The notes below the pieces were generated by a model. That model saw only the letters and a program-made list of their open reading frames with translations. It was not told the DNA's origin and did no database searches. Below, one piece after another: positions 72,212 through 86,958 of a DNA stretch of 248,000 nucleotides. The stretch spans positions 169,156,001 to 169,404,000 of the forward strand of contig OX597814.1 of the NCBI GenBank assembly GCA_951406725.2. The letters run 5' to 3'. Positions within the stretch are counted from its first letter, which is position 1. Each line of letters opens with the position of its first letter. A program made the translations under genes and the position numbers. This stretch comes from Octopus vulgaris. Its lineage: Eukaryota.

Positions 72212-72790
72212 CGTAGGAGTGGCTGTGTGGTAAGTAGCTTGTTTACGAACCACATGGGTCCAGGTTCAGTCCCACTGCGTGGCACCTTGGGCAAGTGTCT
72301 TCTACTATAGCCTCGGGCCGACCAAAGCCTTGTAAGTGGATTTGGTAGACGGAAACTGAAAGAAGCCCATCGTATATATAACGGGAAGCTTTATGAAAAT
72401 AAACAAAAGACGAAGGCAGGTGGAATACAAACGAACAATTGTATTTGTATGGCGCTCAGGAATATAAATAAAACAAGTCTTTTACGTTTCGAGCCTATGC
72501 TCTTTAACAGAAAGATACACAGAAAAGAAACACAGAAAGAAACAAGGAGAGAAAAAAATGCGTGCAGAGGCTAGCGATGTTTGTGTGTCTGTGTTCCCCC
72601 CTCCCCAACATCACTTGACAACTGATGCTGGTGTGTTTACGTCCCCGTAACTTAGCGGTTCGGCAAAAGAGACCGATAGAATAAGTACTAGGCTTACAAA
72701 GAATAAGTCCTGGGGTCGATTTGCTCGACTAAAGGCGATGCTCCACTCCAGCGTGACCACAGTCAAATTAACTGAAACAAGTAAAAGATA
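72212..72790 (+). mobile_element. tRNA-derived SINE family A with nested Penelope-like insert
   Basis: A-box gtggctgtgtggtaag, B-box ggttcagtccc, (AAAAGAGT)n-type tail; insert at 72378-72578 in the central (TA)/(TG) linker. Dozens of family A copies in the window. Confidence 0.85.
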
Positions 72791-74735
72791 TAAAAGCTAA
72801 AAAAAGAAAAGCAGTTTCAGTTTCACAAAATTCAAGATAGAAAGAGAAAATGAGAGGAAAAATGATAATAAATGACAGAAATAAATCAAATTTGAATCAA
72901 TAACAGAACCAAAGAAAGGATTTTTCCCCTTACTTTCTCTTTCTCTTCTCCTCACTTTCTCTTACCTGCCTGCTTGTTTGACAGTCTCTTTCTCTCACTC
73001 ATTCCCTCTTTCTCCCCTCTCCTTCTCACTTGTCAGCTTATTTGACACTTTCTCTTACTAGTTCTCTGTCTGCGACTCTTTTTCTCTCTCTCTCTCTCTC
73101 AGTTACTTTGTGGGTCTCTTAATCACTTCCTCCCCCGCTGTCTCTTGTTTTTCTCACTTTCCTTTGCTCACACCACAGTTTTTACTTCTTTCTTTTCCCT
73201 CCTCCCACTACACCTTTCAATCTCTCTCTTCTCTCCCCTTCTTTCTTCCTTTCTCTTTCTCCTCTCTCCCTTCCTTCCCCCCTCTCTCTCCTCTTTCCCT
73301 TGCCCTCTCTCTCCCCTTCTCTCCTTTTCTCTCTTCCTCTCTCCCTTCCTTCCCCCTCTCTCTCCTCTTTCCCTTGCCCTCCCTCTCCTTTTCTCTCTCG
73401 TTCGGTCTCCCCATATCTCTCTATCCTTCTCTCCTTTTCTCTCTTCCTTTTTCCCTTCCTTCCCCCTCTCTCTCCGCTTTCCCTTGCCCTCCCTCTCCTC
73501 TTCTCTCTTTCCTTCTGTCTTCATATCTCTCTCTATCATTCTCTCCTTTTCTCTCTTCCTTCCCCCTCTCTCTCCTCTTTCCCTTTCTCTCTCCTTCTGT
73601 CTCCCCGTCTCTCTGTCCTTCTCTCCTTTTCTCTCTTCCTCTCTCTTCTCCTTCCCCCTCTCTCCAACCGAAAGAAAATCTCTACTTCCTCTGAACATAA
73701 GGAATAGTTATGATACAAAAAATATACAAAAAAACGATAATAGATTTATTCCGCGTTTGACAAACTTCCAGTCTGTGTTCTTAATAAGCGATATTAATTA
73801 CAGAGCATTAAAAGCCAAAATAATAATTACTACATAAGAAAGCGTGGTTTACAAGCAGACAGGATAGTCATGGCAGGAATGCTTTTCCTCATAGGTCTGC
73901 TCAATTAAGCTTTGAACTGGTTGCAGGAACGGGTGGCTTAAACAACAACAACAACAAAAGCAGTAAATCACAGCCGGAACAACTTTGATCAATAAGCCTG
74001 CTCAATCAGGTCTGACCTGGGGCTACACAATAAGAACAACGTAAATTTTCCAAACAAAGGGGGTGAAAAACAAGCCAAAAAAAAAAAATAAAATAAAAAT
74101 AAAATAAACACAAATATAAAAAAAGTTGCAATAGAAAAAAAAAACGGAACAAAGAAATATTAAAATAAATAAATAATAATAAAAAAAAATTAATTATCGA
74201 AAAATATTGGAAGAATCCTGGCAATCCAATTCATTATAACCATTAGTTTTAGCATAGCTTTTATTTGACAAAGAATTTCTTTTCGTAGTGAGTGAAAATC
74301 CTGTTCAATCATTCTGGCTGTGTTTAAATATAAAAAACAAAACAAAAAAAGAAGTCTAACAGCTGCAACTGTCTAAGGTGGGGGTGGAGAAGTGATGTAG
74401 TTTATGTTTATGATACAATCTTTCATTCTTCCTTTCCTCCCTCCCACCACCGCCGTCCTTACCTCCCCCTCCGGCATCTCTTTGTTTATCTCCTTTATAT
74501 TTTCCTCCCACCCTCTCTTCCTCCTCCTCCACCTCCGCCTCGTTTTCGCTCTCGCTCTCTCTCTTTCTTTCTCTTTCTCTCTCGTTCTCTGTCTCTTTGT
74601 CTTTTGCTTTCTGTCCTTTTCTTTCCTGTCTTGTCATATACCCCTCCTTCCCCAACCGCTGCTGTTACTACTACTCTCTCCCTTTTCCTATTGCTACAGC
74701 TAAAATCAGAGCTAGAGTGAGAGAGAGAGATATAG

Positions 74736-74774
<39 letters not shown>

Positions 74775-74840
74775 CCGACAGATAGAAGAGATAGATAGAT
74801 AGATAGATAGACCGACAGATAGATAGATAGAGAGATAGAG

Positions 74841-74883
<43 letters not shown>

Positions 74884-74924
74884 CCGACAGATAGATAGAT
74901 AGATAGATAGACCGACAGATAGAG

Positions 74925-75020
<96 letters not shown>

Positions 75021-77979
75021 TGATTGAGTGTGTGTGTGAGCCACAGTACTAATAATGTCTGGGGGTGGGGGAATGGCCAGGAGAGTCACTATCCTGTATT
75101 TTAAAAATATCGAATTATAGAAAACAAAATTCTACGTTATAAGTGAAAAGGATTAGATCGTGCGCGCACGTGTATATGTATGTTTTTTCTGTGTGCATAT
75201 GTATGTGTGTGGAGTTTGCCTGTGTGTATGTATATGTGTTTATTACAGTGAGTTATCTAATACACACGTATCAATGAAAAACAGCCTTCAACATTCCACG
75301 AGTTTTGTATTGTTAGTACTATATATAAATAATAAGACATAACGCATTCGTGTGCGTATTATTAATCCGCGCATGAATAGAAACACTCTTCAGCATTTAT
75401 TGAATTTCGTGTTATTATAATGATTACATTAACACAAATAATAGCACATGAATGAAATCAGTGAGTTGTGTTATTATTATGATTGTATTATTGGCTATAA
75501 TAATACAGTATTATTGTAGTCGGTACTATATTCGTAATAATAAAACAAGTCATTCTTGTGCATGTTAATACTACACACAAAAATAAAAAATTGCCTCCTA
75601 TAATCAGTGAGTCAACGCAAGTCATCACTATTAAAATGATAATAATCGCAAAGGGAATTGCCGTTCATCGTTTATCTAGATAATTCTTGTTTTGGAAATG
75701 TACCGTAATAAATCCGGATTTGGATGGGAAGAAAGAAAAGAAAAAAATTATGAAAGTATTTAGTGATCAGAGTTCATGTAAAGGACAACAGTGTAAAGTA
75801 CTATATGTATTGCTGAATTCAGGCTAAGTTATTCCATGCATATTTACTAGTGTTGATAAAATTAACCGTCATAGATTTTTACAATGACAGAAGGCATCTC
75901 TCAACCAGATGCCATTAACGAAGAGACAGTATATAAGCCAATTAAGCCAGTATATAAATAAGATAATAATATAAGCCAATTAAGTTTAGTCTGTTGCGAC
76001 AGATCATATGGCATTATCGGAATATTAGAAAGCGGGGTACATATTACCACTAAGGTTAATGGAGCTATAGAATAGGGAACACAAATGTTTCCAAAGGATC
76101 TTGTTTTGGGGCTTGTGTCTTTAATGCAACAAACTTGAAAATGGTGAAAAACTCTTGCTTAACTGGTTAGTATGGAGCAAATATAGGATCTTTTCAGTTT
76201 GAACGGCAGTTTTTTCTAGCGGTGTCATATGAAATTGTCACCCATAATTATGACCCTAGTATCGATCTATTGCATTTCAATCTGTTTTAGGGTTAGGATT
76301 AGTTAGGATTAATTAGGGTTAGGAGTGGGGGGAAGGGTATCTTTTTTCTTCAGAAAAGCAAATAAACCCAATCTGTTTCTTAAACGAGGGACATATTCAT
76401 ACGGCACAGAATGTTTTCACCTCAACAGACGTCATTGATTGGTTGAAATTGCAGAAATTGAAGAAAAAAACAACAACAAATATCTTACAAACTATAGAAT
76501 TTTCTCAATAAAGTCAAGAGAAAAAGATGTTTTATAAACACATTCTACCAGTATACAAAGTTTAAAAGTGTTTTAGTTACCTAGAAATTACGGTAAAAAC
76601 TGCCGTTCAAACCGAAAAGATCCGAACTCTTTAGTATGGAGCAAATGTAATTTTTTTTTTAAAAAAAGACTTTTTTTTTTTGTTTTCTAAGTTGTCTAAC
76701 GAAAATTTTTTCTTCATCAATTGTTTAGTTTCGATTTTGACAGATCTGAAGCTGTCTTGAAGCAGAGAGAGCATGTCTGTCATCAATAAGGTCACAAATA
76801 GTGACAAAAGGACAGACAAAACTATCTGATTAATTGACTAACTGACTGAACGAGTAATCAAACAATTGATTAGTTAATTGATTAAATGGTTAAATAATTC
76901 ACTAATAAATAATATTAAAAGAAGTGAAACAGAACCAGTCATTGTGTTTATTATTGGCATAATGACCCTCCCAAGATGCAAAAAAAAAAAATCACGTTGT
77001 TTCAGCTATTTTAGAAGTAAATAATAAAGTTGGGGAAGCTTAGTGAAAATCTATTAGAGCAAGAATAGTGCTCATTGCAAACTTTGTCAACTGGCAAAGC
77101 TTGAAATAATGATTATCACAAATTATCTGATGGTGGTGTATTGGTTCAAAGTATTTGAAACCAGACAATTCTTTTGGAAGAAATATTAACAACGTATATT
77201 GGATGTGACACTCATTTTTCAAGGTAGAAGTCACATTGATAACAAAAAAATATAATGGGAATTTCTCAGTAGTTTGGGAACAGGTGGCCATTATGATAAC
77301 ATACTGAATAATCATTTGGACATAGTTTAAGGCTTCTAAAATTGAAAAGGAACACATGCAAGCTTATTGCTTGATAGTCAAAATGAACCCATTAATTGTT
77401 TTGCTGATCAAGTTAAGAAAAGGCTATTGTAAATGAATGTGAATACCGTAAATCTTCGAGTATAGTCCGCCCTTGAGTATAATACGCAGGGGATTTTTAG
77501 GGGGCTGTACTTCTGAAAAACCTAAAACCTTGTGTATAATACACACCCCTTCTCTAACTCGAGTCGTGCGTAATTAAGCCAGCAGCACCTAGTCGAACAA
77601 ACACTTCCGTGCATGCATAATACAATAATGGTGATGTTCTTAACTGTTATATGGGAATGTAAATATGTTTGCAAATTGTTTTTGTTGCATGTTATTCTGT
77701 GTTCTGAATACTTTTATTTTAATAACTGTTGCGTACTGCAAGTTATGGATGATTCTTTTATGACTTCATTGCTTTCAGGCTTAGCTTAAGGTATTTTCGC
77801 GCCCGACATCATAAAATACATCTGAATAAACATTGCCAGACAGCAAATAGAGATTTGGACATTGCTTAGAAAATATCTTTCATTTTTAACCTCGTGTATA
77901 GTACACACTAGGGATTTTGACCTTTAAATTTTTGGGGGAAAAATGCAGATTATACTCGAGGATTTACGGTATACAAAAT

Positions 77980-79700
77980 GTTACAGTATGGTTGTGAATG
78001 TAACTCTTGATTCAGCATATTGAGAACAAAATGTTTATCTAAACAAATTTACAAGCCAATATGGAGTAAAAGAAAAGCTTCTTGATTTTGTTAACTGTAA
78101 TCAAAAGGAAATCAATAATATAGTCGAACTGATACTTGATAGTGTTAAAAAAAAAAGAAGAAAACAAAATATCAATACAATACTTCATTCTCTACGTGTT
78201 ATGTTGAAGGTTTTGATAATGAGAGTAACATATCTGGACAGTATATAATGGATGTCAAGTAATTTCCAAACTGTTTCCGATCCATTGGTTGTATTTTCTC
78301 TTTGAACTTGTCACAGTCTCAATTTAGGCAGAGTTAGAGCTGCAAAATGTTGCATTGAATTTACTGCTGTTCAGAATCTCTACAATATATTTAGCAGTAT
78401 TCTTTCATAATGGCTCAATCTGAAAACATTACCTTAAAGTTTCACAGCATGGTTCCTGATACTCGATGGTTTACAATAAAGCAATTATGTTCTTGCTTTG
78501 TCTAAATCTAATTCTTGGAAACACTTTCAAACACAAGAAGTATTCAAACTTATTTAAATTCCTTTGAGTGCATTGTGAGGGGATCAATTTGGATAAAAAC
78601 TGTAACAGCAATTCACCATTGTAATGTTTCCTTGGAACCAGGAATGCTACAACTGATACGGAATTGAATTATTGGAAATCAAAATGAAACTGTTTTCTCA
78701 ATGAAGTTAAAGGAGGTTGCTGCAAACATTGGAAGCTCAAATGAATTTTCCAATAAAAGACAAAGGGAAAAAATTCTTAAAAACTTGACAGGTAAAATCG
78801 TCGAATATACTTATTCTACCACTGAAGACAGGTTTAAGGGAGATATATTTTATACTGTATTTGATTTGGTAATTTCAAATATTTCAAGATGTTTCAATGC
78901 TGTATCTTATTTCAATAAAGTGTTTGGATGCATTTTAGAAATATTCTGAAATAGAAACTGAAAAAAAAAAAAAAATTGAGCACCAAAGTTAATCAACTAT
79001 GTGATACAATATCGACTTAATATAAAAGATGAAATATTCCATTTAAAATAAATACATGAATCAAATATTTCTCCAAACTCAATTCCACCAATTGAATTAT
79101 TAAGCAAACTTAGTTGCATATTGAAGTAGCATTCTTCAACTCTCAACTTGCTATATAACACAGTACTTCACAGGATTGCATTGGTCTGCTCGTTCTAAAA
79201 TGCATATCATGAGAAGTGTGCTGACTTTGTTTACATTCATTGCAAAGAAAGTAAGGAACCCTTTGATATAAGGGAGAAAAATTTAATTTTGTTTTTGGAT
79301 TTAGTTTGCAAGATTCTTTATATGAGTTCTGTTGTGTCTGAGGAGAGTTATTTTCTTTTTGTGCCTTATAATGTAACACACTCACCAGTAAAAATTCCAC
79401 TTATTTCTTATTTTACCAGTGACTGTGTTACATTATAAGGCACAAAAAGAAAATGACTCTCCACAGACACAACAGAAAAATTTAATCTTTTCCTCTATTG
79501 TTCATTTCTCTTCTGTAAGACGATCATTACAAGACTGAGCTTTTGACTGGAGTTTAAGTAGTTATAAAACTTTGAATAGTTTGTTTCCTATAGGTCATAA
79601 AAGATTTTTCAGTGGTTTAGCTTGTATTAAGAATGTTATGAGATCAGCAGTGTGTCAAGATAAATTATCTAGTCTGAGGATCTTTACTGTTAAATCAACT
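77980..79700 (+). pseudogene. hAT-like transposase relic
   Basis: ...KRQREK...EDRFKGDIFYTVFDLVISNISRCF...; late dimerisation-domain-like remnant near 79550-79700. Confidence 0.45.
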
Positions 79701-81040
79701 TTCACATGTGAATTATGATTGTCTTTACTTATCATAAATTATAAGTCTTTATTTCGTTTTGGATTTTGTTTGCAAGATTCTCTATGTGAGTTTGTGTGTT
79801 GAAGCATATTCTGTTGTATCTGGGGAGAGTCATTTTCTTTTTGTGCCTTATAATTTAAATGCAACTTTTCAATAGTCTTGACTTGCAAGATGCAACGAAA
79901 ATTTTAGGAAAATAAAATAAGTGGAATTTTACTGATGAGTGTGTTAAATTATAAGGCACAAAAAGAAAATAACTCTCCCCAGACACAACAGTATAAGTCA
80001 TTACGTATCATAAAACTAGAACAGTTCCTTTTGATTCATTTTTACATCCATCTTTCCATGCTAGCATGGGTTAGATGAATATATTATTGACAAATTGTTT
80101 TACAGTCACTGTCCCTTACCTGTTTTTCGAATTGGGGATCTTTCGTTCTACTGCATTATGTAGTCATGGATACATTGAGAAATCAACATGATGGCCATGG
80201 CTGAAAAACTTTTGATCAAAAGTCTGCATGATCTAGTCTGACCAATATGTTATAGAATTGGCCAACAGTGATTCAAAGTTCAGAATCTAACAACAATGCA
80301 TAACAGATTTAGTCTGAAGAACAGAAATGGCTAAAAGTGATTCAGAATTCAGAATCTAACCAAATTTGGGACTTTAAAAATTTCTAATCCCTCAGAAAGA
80401 AAACAACAGCTGTTCAAATAAGTATTTACAACTATACTCTACCTTTTCAATGGTTAATAACTATGCTCCTTTAGGTTGTAAAGTCTAAATACTGTGACAT
80501 CATTAGGTCAGTACATAGCTTCAAACACAACAACACATGAACCAGGGTCGGAGCTTCTATATTCTTATCCATTGTAGTTCAAATCTCCCTCAAGCCACAC
80601 GTTTCAAAATTATTAATATTAATATTATTTGTGCCTTGCAACCATATGGCTCTGGTTTCAATCCCAGTTTGGGACACTTTTAGTGTTGTCTCAGGTTGAC
80701 CAATATCTTTTCGATAAAATTTACTAAGAAGCCTATTGCGTGCATGCATGTGTGTGTGTGTATGTGCGTGAGTGTGTGCATGTCTGTTTGCATTTATTTC
80801 TTATTTCTTTACTGCCCACAAGGGGCTACACACAGAGGAAACAAACAAGGACAAACAAACGGATTAAGTCGATTATATTGACCCCAATGCGTAACTGGTA
80901 CTTATTTAATCGACCCCGAAAGGATGAAAGGCAAAGTCAACCTCGGCGAAATTTGAACTCAGAACGTAGCGGCAGATGAAATACCGCTAAGCATTTCGCC
81001 CAGCGTGCTAATGTTTCTGCCAGCTTCCATTTATGAATAC

Positions 81041-81090
81041 ATAAGACTGATGTCTGTTTTGTATTTAGGCCATTGCCACAATTGATAATT
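81041..81090 (-). CDS. Candidate exon (NYQLWQWPKYKTDISL)
   Basis: Very strong acceptor tttttcctcttcgtattttcag, gtattc donor; AT+C joins to the 69344 candidate as Ile. Confidence 0.33.
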
Positions 81091-84000
81091 CTGAAAATAC
81101 GAAGAGGAAAAATTACAATAATGCAACAGTATAAACGTAAAACTAGAACACAATACAGAATCAAACACAAAATTCTCTATGCTCATCCCTGCCACTAGTA
81201 GTATTTCTGATAAAGTGAATTTAAATAAAAGCAATGACTTGAAAATTATTATCACCATCATCATCATTGCTTTAATGTCTCCCTTTCCACGATTGCATGG
81301 ATTAGATGAAGATTATTGGGGCAGATTTTTCTATGATTGGATACCCTTCCTGTCACAAACCCTCACCTATTTCCAAGCAAACTAATGTTTCCTTGTGGCC
81401 AGACCTGTTTTCACAAAATATTAGAAATGAATGGATATTGCTTGTATGACAGTGATGCTCATTTACAATGATTATGTGATGTCAAGACAAGGAGATACAC
81501 ATTCAGACACAATCTTGGGGTTAATTTGTTCGACTGAAACCCTTCAAGGCAGTGCTCCAGTATGGCCATAGTCAAATGACTGGAACAAGTAAAGAATAAA
81601 GGAATGCATGCAAATAATGATAAAGATATATTTATATATGGTGATGAAATGAGGATATATCATCATCATCATCATTTAACGTCGGTCTTCCATGCTAGCA
81701 TGGGTGGGATGGTACCACAAGAGCCAGCCAAGCCAAAGCCTGCACCTGCCTTCTGTGTCTGTTTTGGCAGGATTTTTACAGTTGGATGCCCTGCCTAACA
81801 CTGACCACTCAGCAGAGTGGACTTGGTGCATATTATGTGGCACAAGCACAGGTGAGGTGAGTAGTGCTTTTTATGTGGTACAAGCACAGGTAAGATCTAT
81901 TTTGGCAAGGTTTTTACAGCTGGATGCCCTTCTGAAAACCAACCACTTTACAGTATGGATTGGCTGCTTTTAAGTGGCACCTGCACTGACAGACTCACCA
82001 AGTATTTGCAAGACATTAAAAATTTTAAAAAATTCTAAGAGGGGAGGAGGCATTGCAGGTGGTGATGATGAAAAGGTTATAGTGAGACTGATATAGGTGT
82101 CTTGCTGTAGAGTAAGTACACGGTTACCCAGCCAGAGAGGGGGGGAGGGAGAGAGAGAGAGAGAGAGAGATCTGGAATGAAGACAGAAACAGGTGTGCTA
82201 CCGCAAAGAAACTATAGAGTTGCCCAACCAGAGGGTGGTGCAGGAGGAGAGAGAGTGGGAGATAGCAGGATAGAGATGGTGGCAAAATGCTGGACATACA
82301 AGGAATGGTGATTAGAATATAAATGGCCAGCGGTCACGTGAGAAGGAAGAGAAGAGAGAGAAAAAGAGGAGCAAAGGAATTAAGGAGGGGGAGAAGAGAG
82401 AGGAAAAGAGAAACAAAGGAATTAAGGGGGAGAGAAGAGAGAGAAAAAGAGGAACAAGGAATTAAGGAGGGGGAGAAAAGGAGGATTGGCAAGAAAAAAG
82501 AAAGACAGGGACAGTGAAGTGCAGAGTAAGAAAGGCAAAGGAATGTGAGAGAGTGGGGGAGAGAGTGTGTTGAAGCCACAAAGTTTAGTGAAATGTGTAC
82601 TTATATAAAAGAACAAAATGTACATACGCTGCTATATATATATGAAATATAAAATGGGGCAGAGAGAGAGAGAGAGAAAACAAGCCTCTTTCAGTTTCTT
82701 TCTATCAAATCCACTTGTGTGAATAGCCTGGGGCTATATTATGAGTGGATGCTGAAAAGTTCCTGGCTTTAGGGGTATTGCAAAAGGCCTATTTGGTGGT
82801 CCAACTTTCAAGGACCCCTGCAATAATTGTGTGAATCTGAGAGGGAAATATGTTGAATAAAATCATAATTAACTGATTCTCCTGTATTTTCTTATACCGA
82901 AAGCTAGGAACTTTTCAGCACTCCCTTGTGGAAGACACCCAAGATTTATACTTAGAAAGAATCCTATCAGGTAGGGTTTTTTTTTATCATAATAGTAGAA
83001 AGTTGCTTCTAGTAATGTTTGTACTGGTTCATTTTGAGGAAGAGTACACTTGGCTTAGAGTGCTCACTGTTGAACAGCAGATAGTTCTCGACTGTCTTCA
83101 TGAATTTGCTGATTTTGATATTAGTCAGCACTTGTTCTATTAATTATGACAGAATTCTCTAAGGTGTTTGAGTCACAACAAGAATGGAATTTAAGAACAT
83201 TGCTGAATTGTTAAAGTAAAGTTTTATTCTGACTTTGTATATTTGATTTCAACAGGCAGTAGTCTAGACCAGTCTTTATATACTTAAGATTAGAGCCTAA
83301 AGAGAATTGCATTGTTTAGTAAAATTGAGAGAGGATGTAAAACTCTGCTGTCTCTCTTTAATTTCTCCCCTCACCATGACCTGTTGCTGTAACATTAAAA
83401 CATGAATCGACCTTGCTTGCCAAGCCTTCAACTGACTCAATGCACAACTCTGGTCAAGATCTGAGATCCAACGCACCACCAAAGTACGGATCTACTAAGC
83501 AAGAGTGCGAATGATTCTCCTTTACGGCAGCAAGTCATGGCCAATGAGGGTGGAAGATATTAAGCGACTAGAATCCTTCAATCACCTCTGTCTATGCTGC
83601 ATCCTTCAGGTCCGATGGCATCACTTTGTCTCCAACAATTCAGTGCGACACCAGTGCAAAATCACTGCCCTCTAACACGTCATCCTAATGAGACGTCTGC
83701 ATTGGCTGGGTCATGCCCTCTGTTGTCAACCAGGAGAGTTCCTCTATGAAGCAATTGCCCCAGCTCCCCTTCAAGGTTGGCGAAACCGATGTGGTGGACA
83801 ACGAAAAACCTGACTGATGACAGTCAAGGCTGATCTGGAACCCAACCTAGGCCCCCATATCTACAGCATTCACCGCTGGAATAAGGAGTGGCTGGAGATC
83901 ACGCGGTTGTTAGTCTCAAATCGCCAGGTCTGGTTGGTGTTTGTGAGAGATGCAGCATTGAGGATGAATGAAGCCAGCTCAACCCATCCTGGGTGAATGC

Positions 84001-85714
84001 TGTCTCAAGACAAGAAAAGAAGAATTTCTCCCCTCTCAATTTTTTCCTGTGGATTTTTCCTTTTCTCATGGCAAGTTTTTTGCAGTATTTTCTTCTGGTA
84101 CATAGGAATATGAACGTGCCATCACAACAACTACCATGTTCTGTGTGGGGGTCAAGGTGTGTGGCGGCTTCATGTCAAGTGAAGGCATATGGCCTAGTGG
84201 TTAGGTTGTTGCACTCACAATCACTAGATCGTGAGTTCAATTCCCAGACCAGACAACACATTGTGTTCTTGAGCAAAACATTTCATTTCATGTTGCTCTA
84301 GTCCTCCTTTCAATCAGGGGGAATGTCACCTTTTTTGCTTGTTCACCTTGCCAGTGAGGTGGCATCATTTGAAAACTAAAACCCATGAAAATGTGCATTG
84401 TGACCAGGAATGTGTAACATCTGATAGCCTGGTCAGTCATATGATCATGTGACATAGAAATATACTTTTCTAATAATTTCCAGTTATTTAATTAATTCTT
84501 TCAGAGCTGGCATGATAGTTAGTGTTGGACAAAACGCATAGCAGAATTTCTTTCGGCTCCTTACGTTCCAAGCTCATCATTTTGGTGTTGACAAAATAAT
84601 TACCATTTGAGCATGTAATCAGCTTGCCCACTACCCTCAAAATTGCTGGTCTTGTGCCAAAATATGAATTATATTAATCAAATCAATTTATCCTAGGATC
84701 TATCTATTGATTTTGTTATCTGTTATCTCTAATAAATAGGGGTTGTTTAATATCTACCAAAAGTTGTTAAGCTATTTTTCAAGTGCCACTTGCAGAGAGC
84801 TTCTTCCTTTGAAGAAAGTATTTCTTGCTATATTTTATGAGATGTGTGTTTGCCAAGCTATATAGACCTGAAATCCTTTATTATGTCCATATATGCTCTC
84901 CACTAGTAACATTTTGGTGGCATGTAAAAAGCACCAACCGATTGTGGCCATTGCCAGCCTTGCCTGGCACCTGTGCCGGTGGCGTGCAAAAAGCACCCAT
85001 TACACTCACGGAGTGGTTGGCATTAGGAAGGGCATCCAGCTGTAGAAACACTGCCAGATTAGACTGGGCCTGGCGCAGCCTCCTGGCTTCCCAGACCCCG
85101 GTCAAACCGTCTAACCCATGCTAGCATGGAAAGCAGACGTTAAACGATGATGATGATGATGATGATAATGATGATGTATTGCAATATTAAAGCGTATTTA
85201 TTTGGAAGGCATATGTATCTGATTCACAACTTGGTCTGTTGTTATCTGTGATAAAATATTTTAATTTCTCCACCTTACTTCAGCCTGGTAGTTGCTGTGT
85301 GGAAAAGAAAGTGAGAAAAAGTGTAGATGAACAGCCTAAAATTTAAAGAAATCTGTTGTTGATGAGATTGAACTCAGCTTCATTATCAGATAATATTTCA
85401 TTACATATTCCATTTATGACAAAGGTTCAATATAAATTTTTAATTAGGCTTTTGGCACCATCTTTTATCTTGTTTCAGTCAATAGACTGTGGCCATGCTG
85501 GGGCACTGTCTCGAAGAATTTTAGTTAAAGGAATTGACCCCAATAATTATTTTTTAAAAGCTGGTACTTATTCTATCAGTAACTTTTGCTGAACTACTAT
85601 GTTACATAGCTGTAAAGACACCAACACTGGTTGTCTAGTATTGGGCTGAGCAAGAGGGGGTTGGGGCAAATGCAGACACACACACACTCACAAACACAGA
85701 CAGACAGACAGACA

Positions 85715-85758
<44 letters not shown>

Positions 85759-86900
85759 ATGGGCTTCTTTCATATTCCATCTACCAGATCCACTCACAAG
85801 ACTTTGGTTGGTTCAAGGCTATAGTGTAAGGCACTTACCCAAGTTGTCACACAGTGGGATTGTGGAGGCACATGGCCTAGTGGTTAGAGCAGCAGACTTG
85901 TGGTTGAGGGATCACGGGATCGAATCTCAGACCGGGCGATGTGTGTGTTTATGAGCGAAACACCTAAGCTCCACGCAGCTCTGGCAGAAGGTAATGGCGA
86001 ACTTCTGCTGGCTCTTTTCTCTCACTCTTTCCTCCTGTATCTTGCAGCTCATCTGTGACGGACCGGTGTCCCATCCAGGTGGGGAACCTATACACTGAGG
86101 AAACCAGGAAACCGGCCCTTATGAGCCAGGGATGGCTTGAGAAGGAACAACAACACAGTGGGAGCGAACCCAGTGGCATGTAGATTGGAAGCGATCTTCT
86201 GACCACACAGCCACACTTGATTTTTTTTTTCTATGACTGTCAATGAAGACTAGGCATAATGAAACTATTCCTAGACATGTCTTTATTTTGTGAGACTAAT
86301 TTGCTTGAACAGATGCAGGCATGGTTGTGTGATTAAGACGCTTGCTTTGCCACCATGTGCAAAGAAGCAATATTTACCCAAAACAGTGGAACTGAATTCA
86401 AAACTACACGGTTGCAAAGTGAGATTCTTAATCACACAGCAATGCCTGACTTATTTAAAAAGACGTATCTTAACTCATATCTTAACTAACTAGAATTTGT
86501 ATAGCAGCTGTTGTAAAAAGAGATTTGTCTGCCAATTTTACAACAACAAGATTGTTTCAAAATAATAATAATGATGATGGACTCACCTGTCAAAGACAAC
86601 ATATGAGTGATCACCTTTTGTTTTGCCAAATGACCTGCACAAATGATTTGTTTATAGTGATCAAATGTATGTGCCATATATTAGCTTACTCTCTCCATTG
86701 GCTGAACAGGTGCAAGGTGTACCTTGTGTCAGGTGTCAAAGTGATTGCAGAGCAATATGAGATGAAATGTTTTGCTCAAAAACACAACACACTACCCAGT
86801 ATAGGAACTGAAACTATAATCTCATGATTGCGAGTGCAACACCCTAACCACGAGACCATGCATACTCACTCATAATGATAATAATAATATTAATAATAAT

Positions 86901-86958
<58 letters not shown>

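Noticed and set aside
73110-73837. Long L/S/P/F and E/R/G/K ORFs (also 108045-108627 and 244150-245012)
   Set aside because: Polypyrimidine/polypurine low-complexity tracts.
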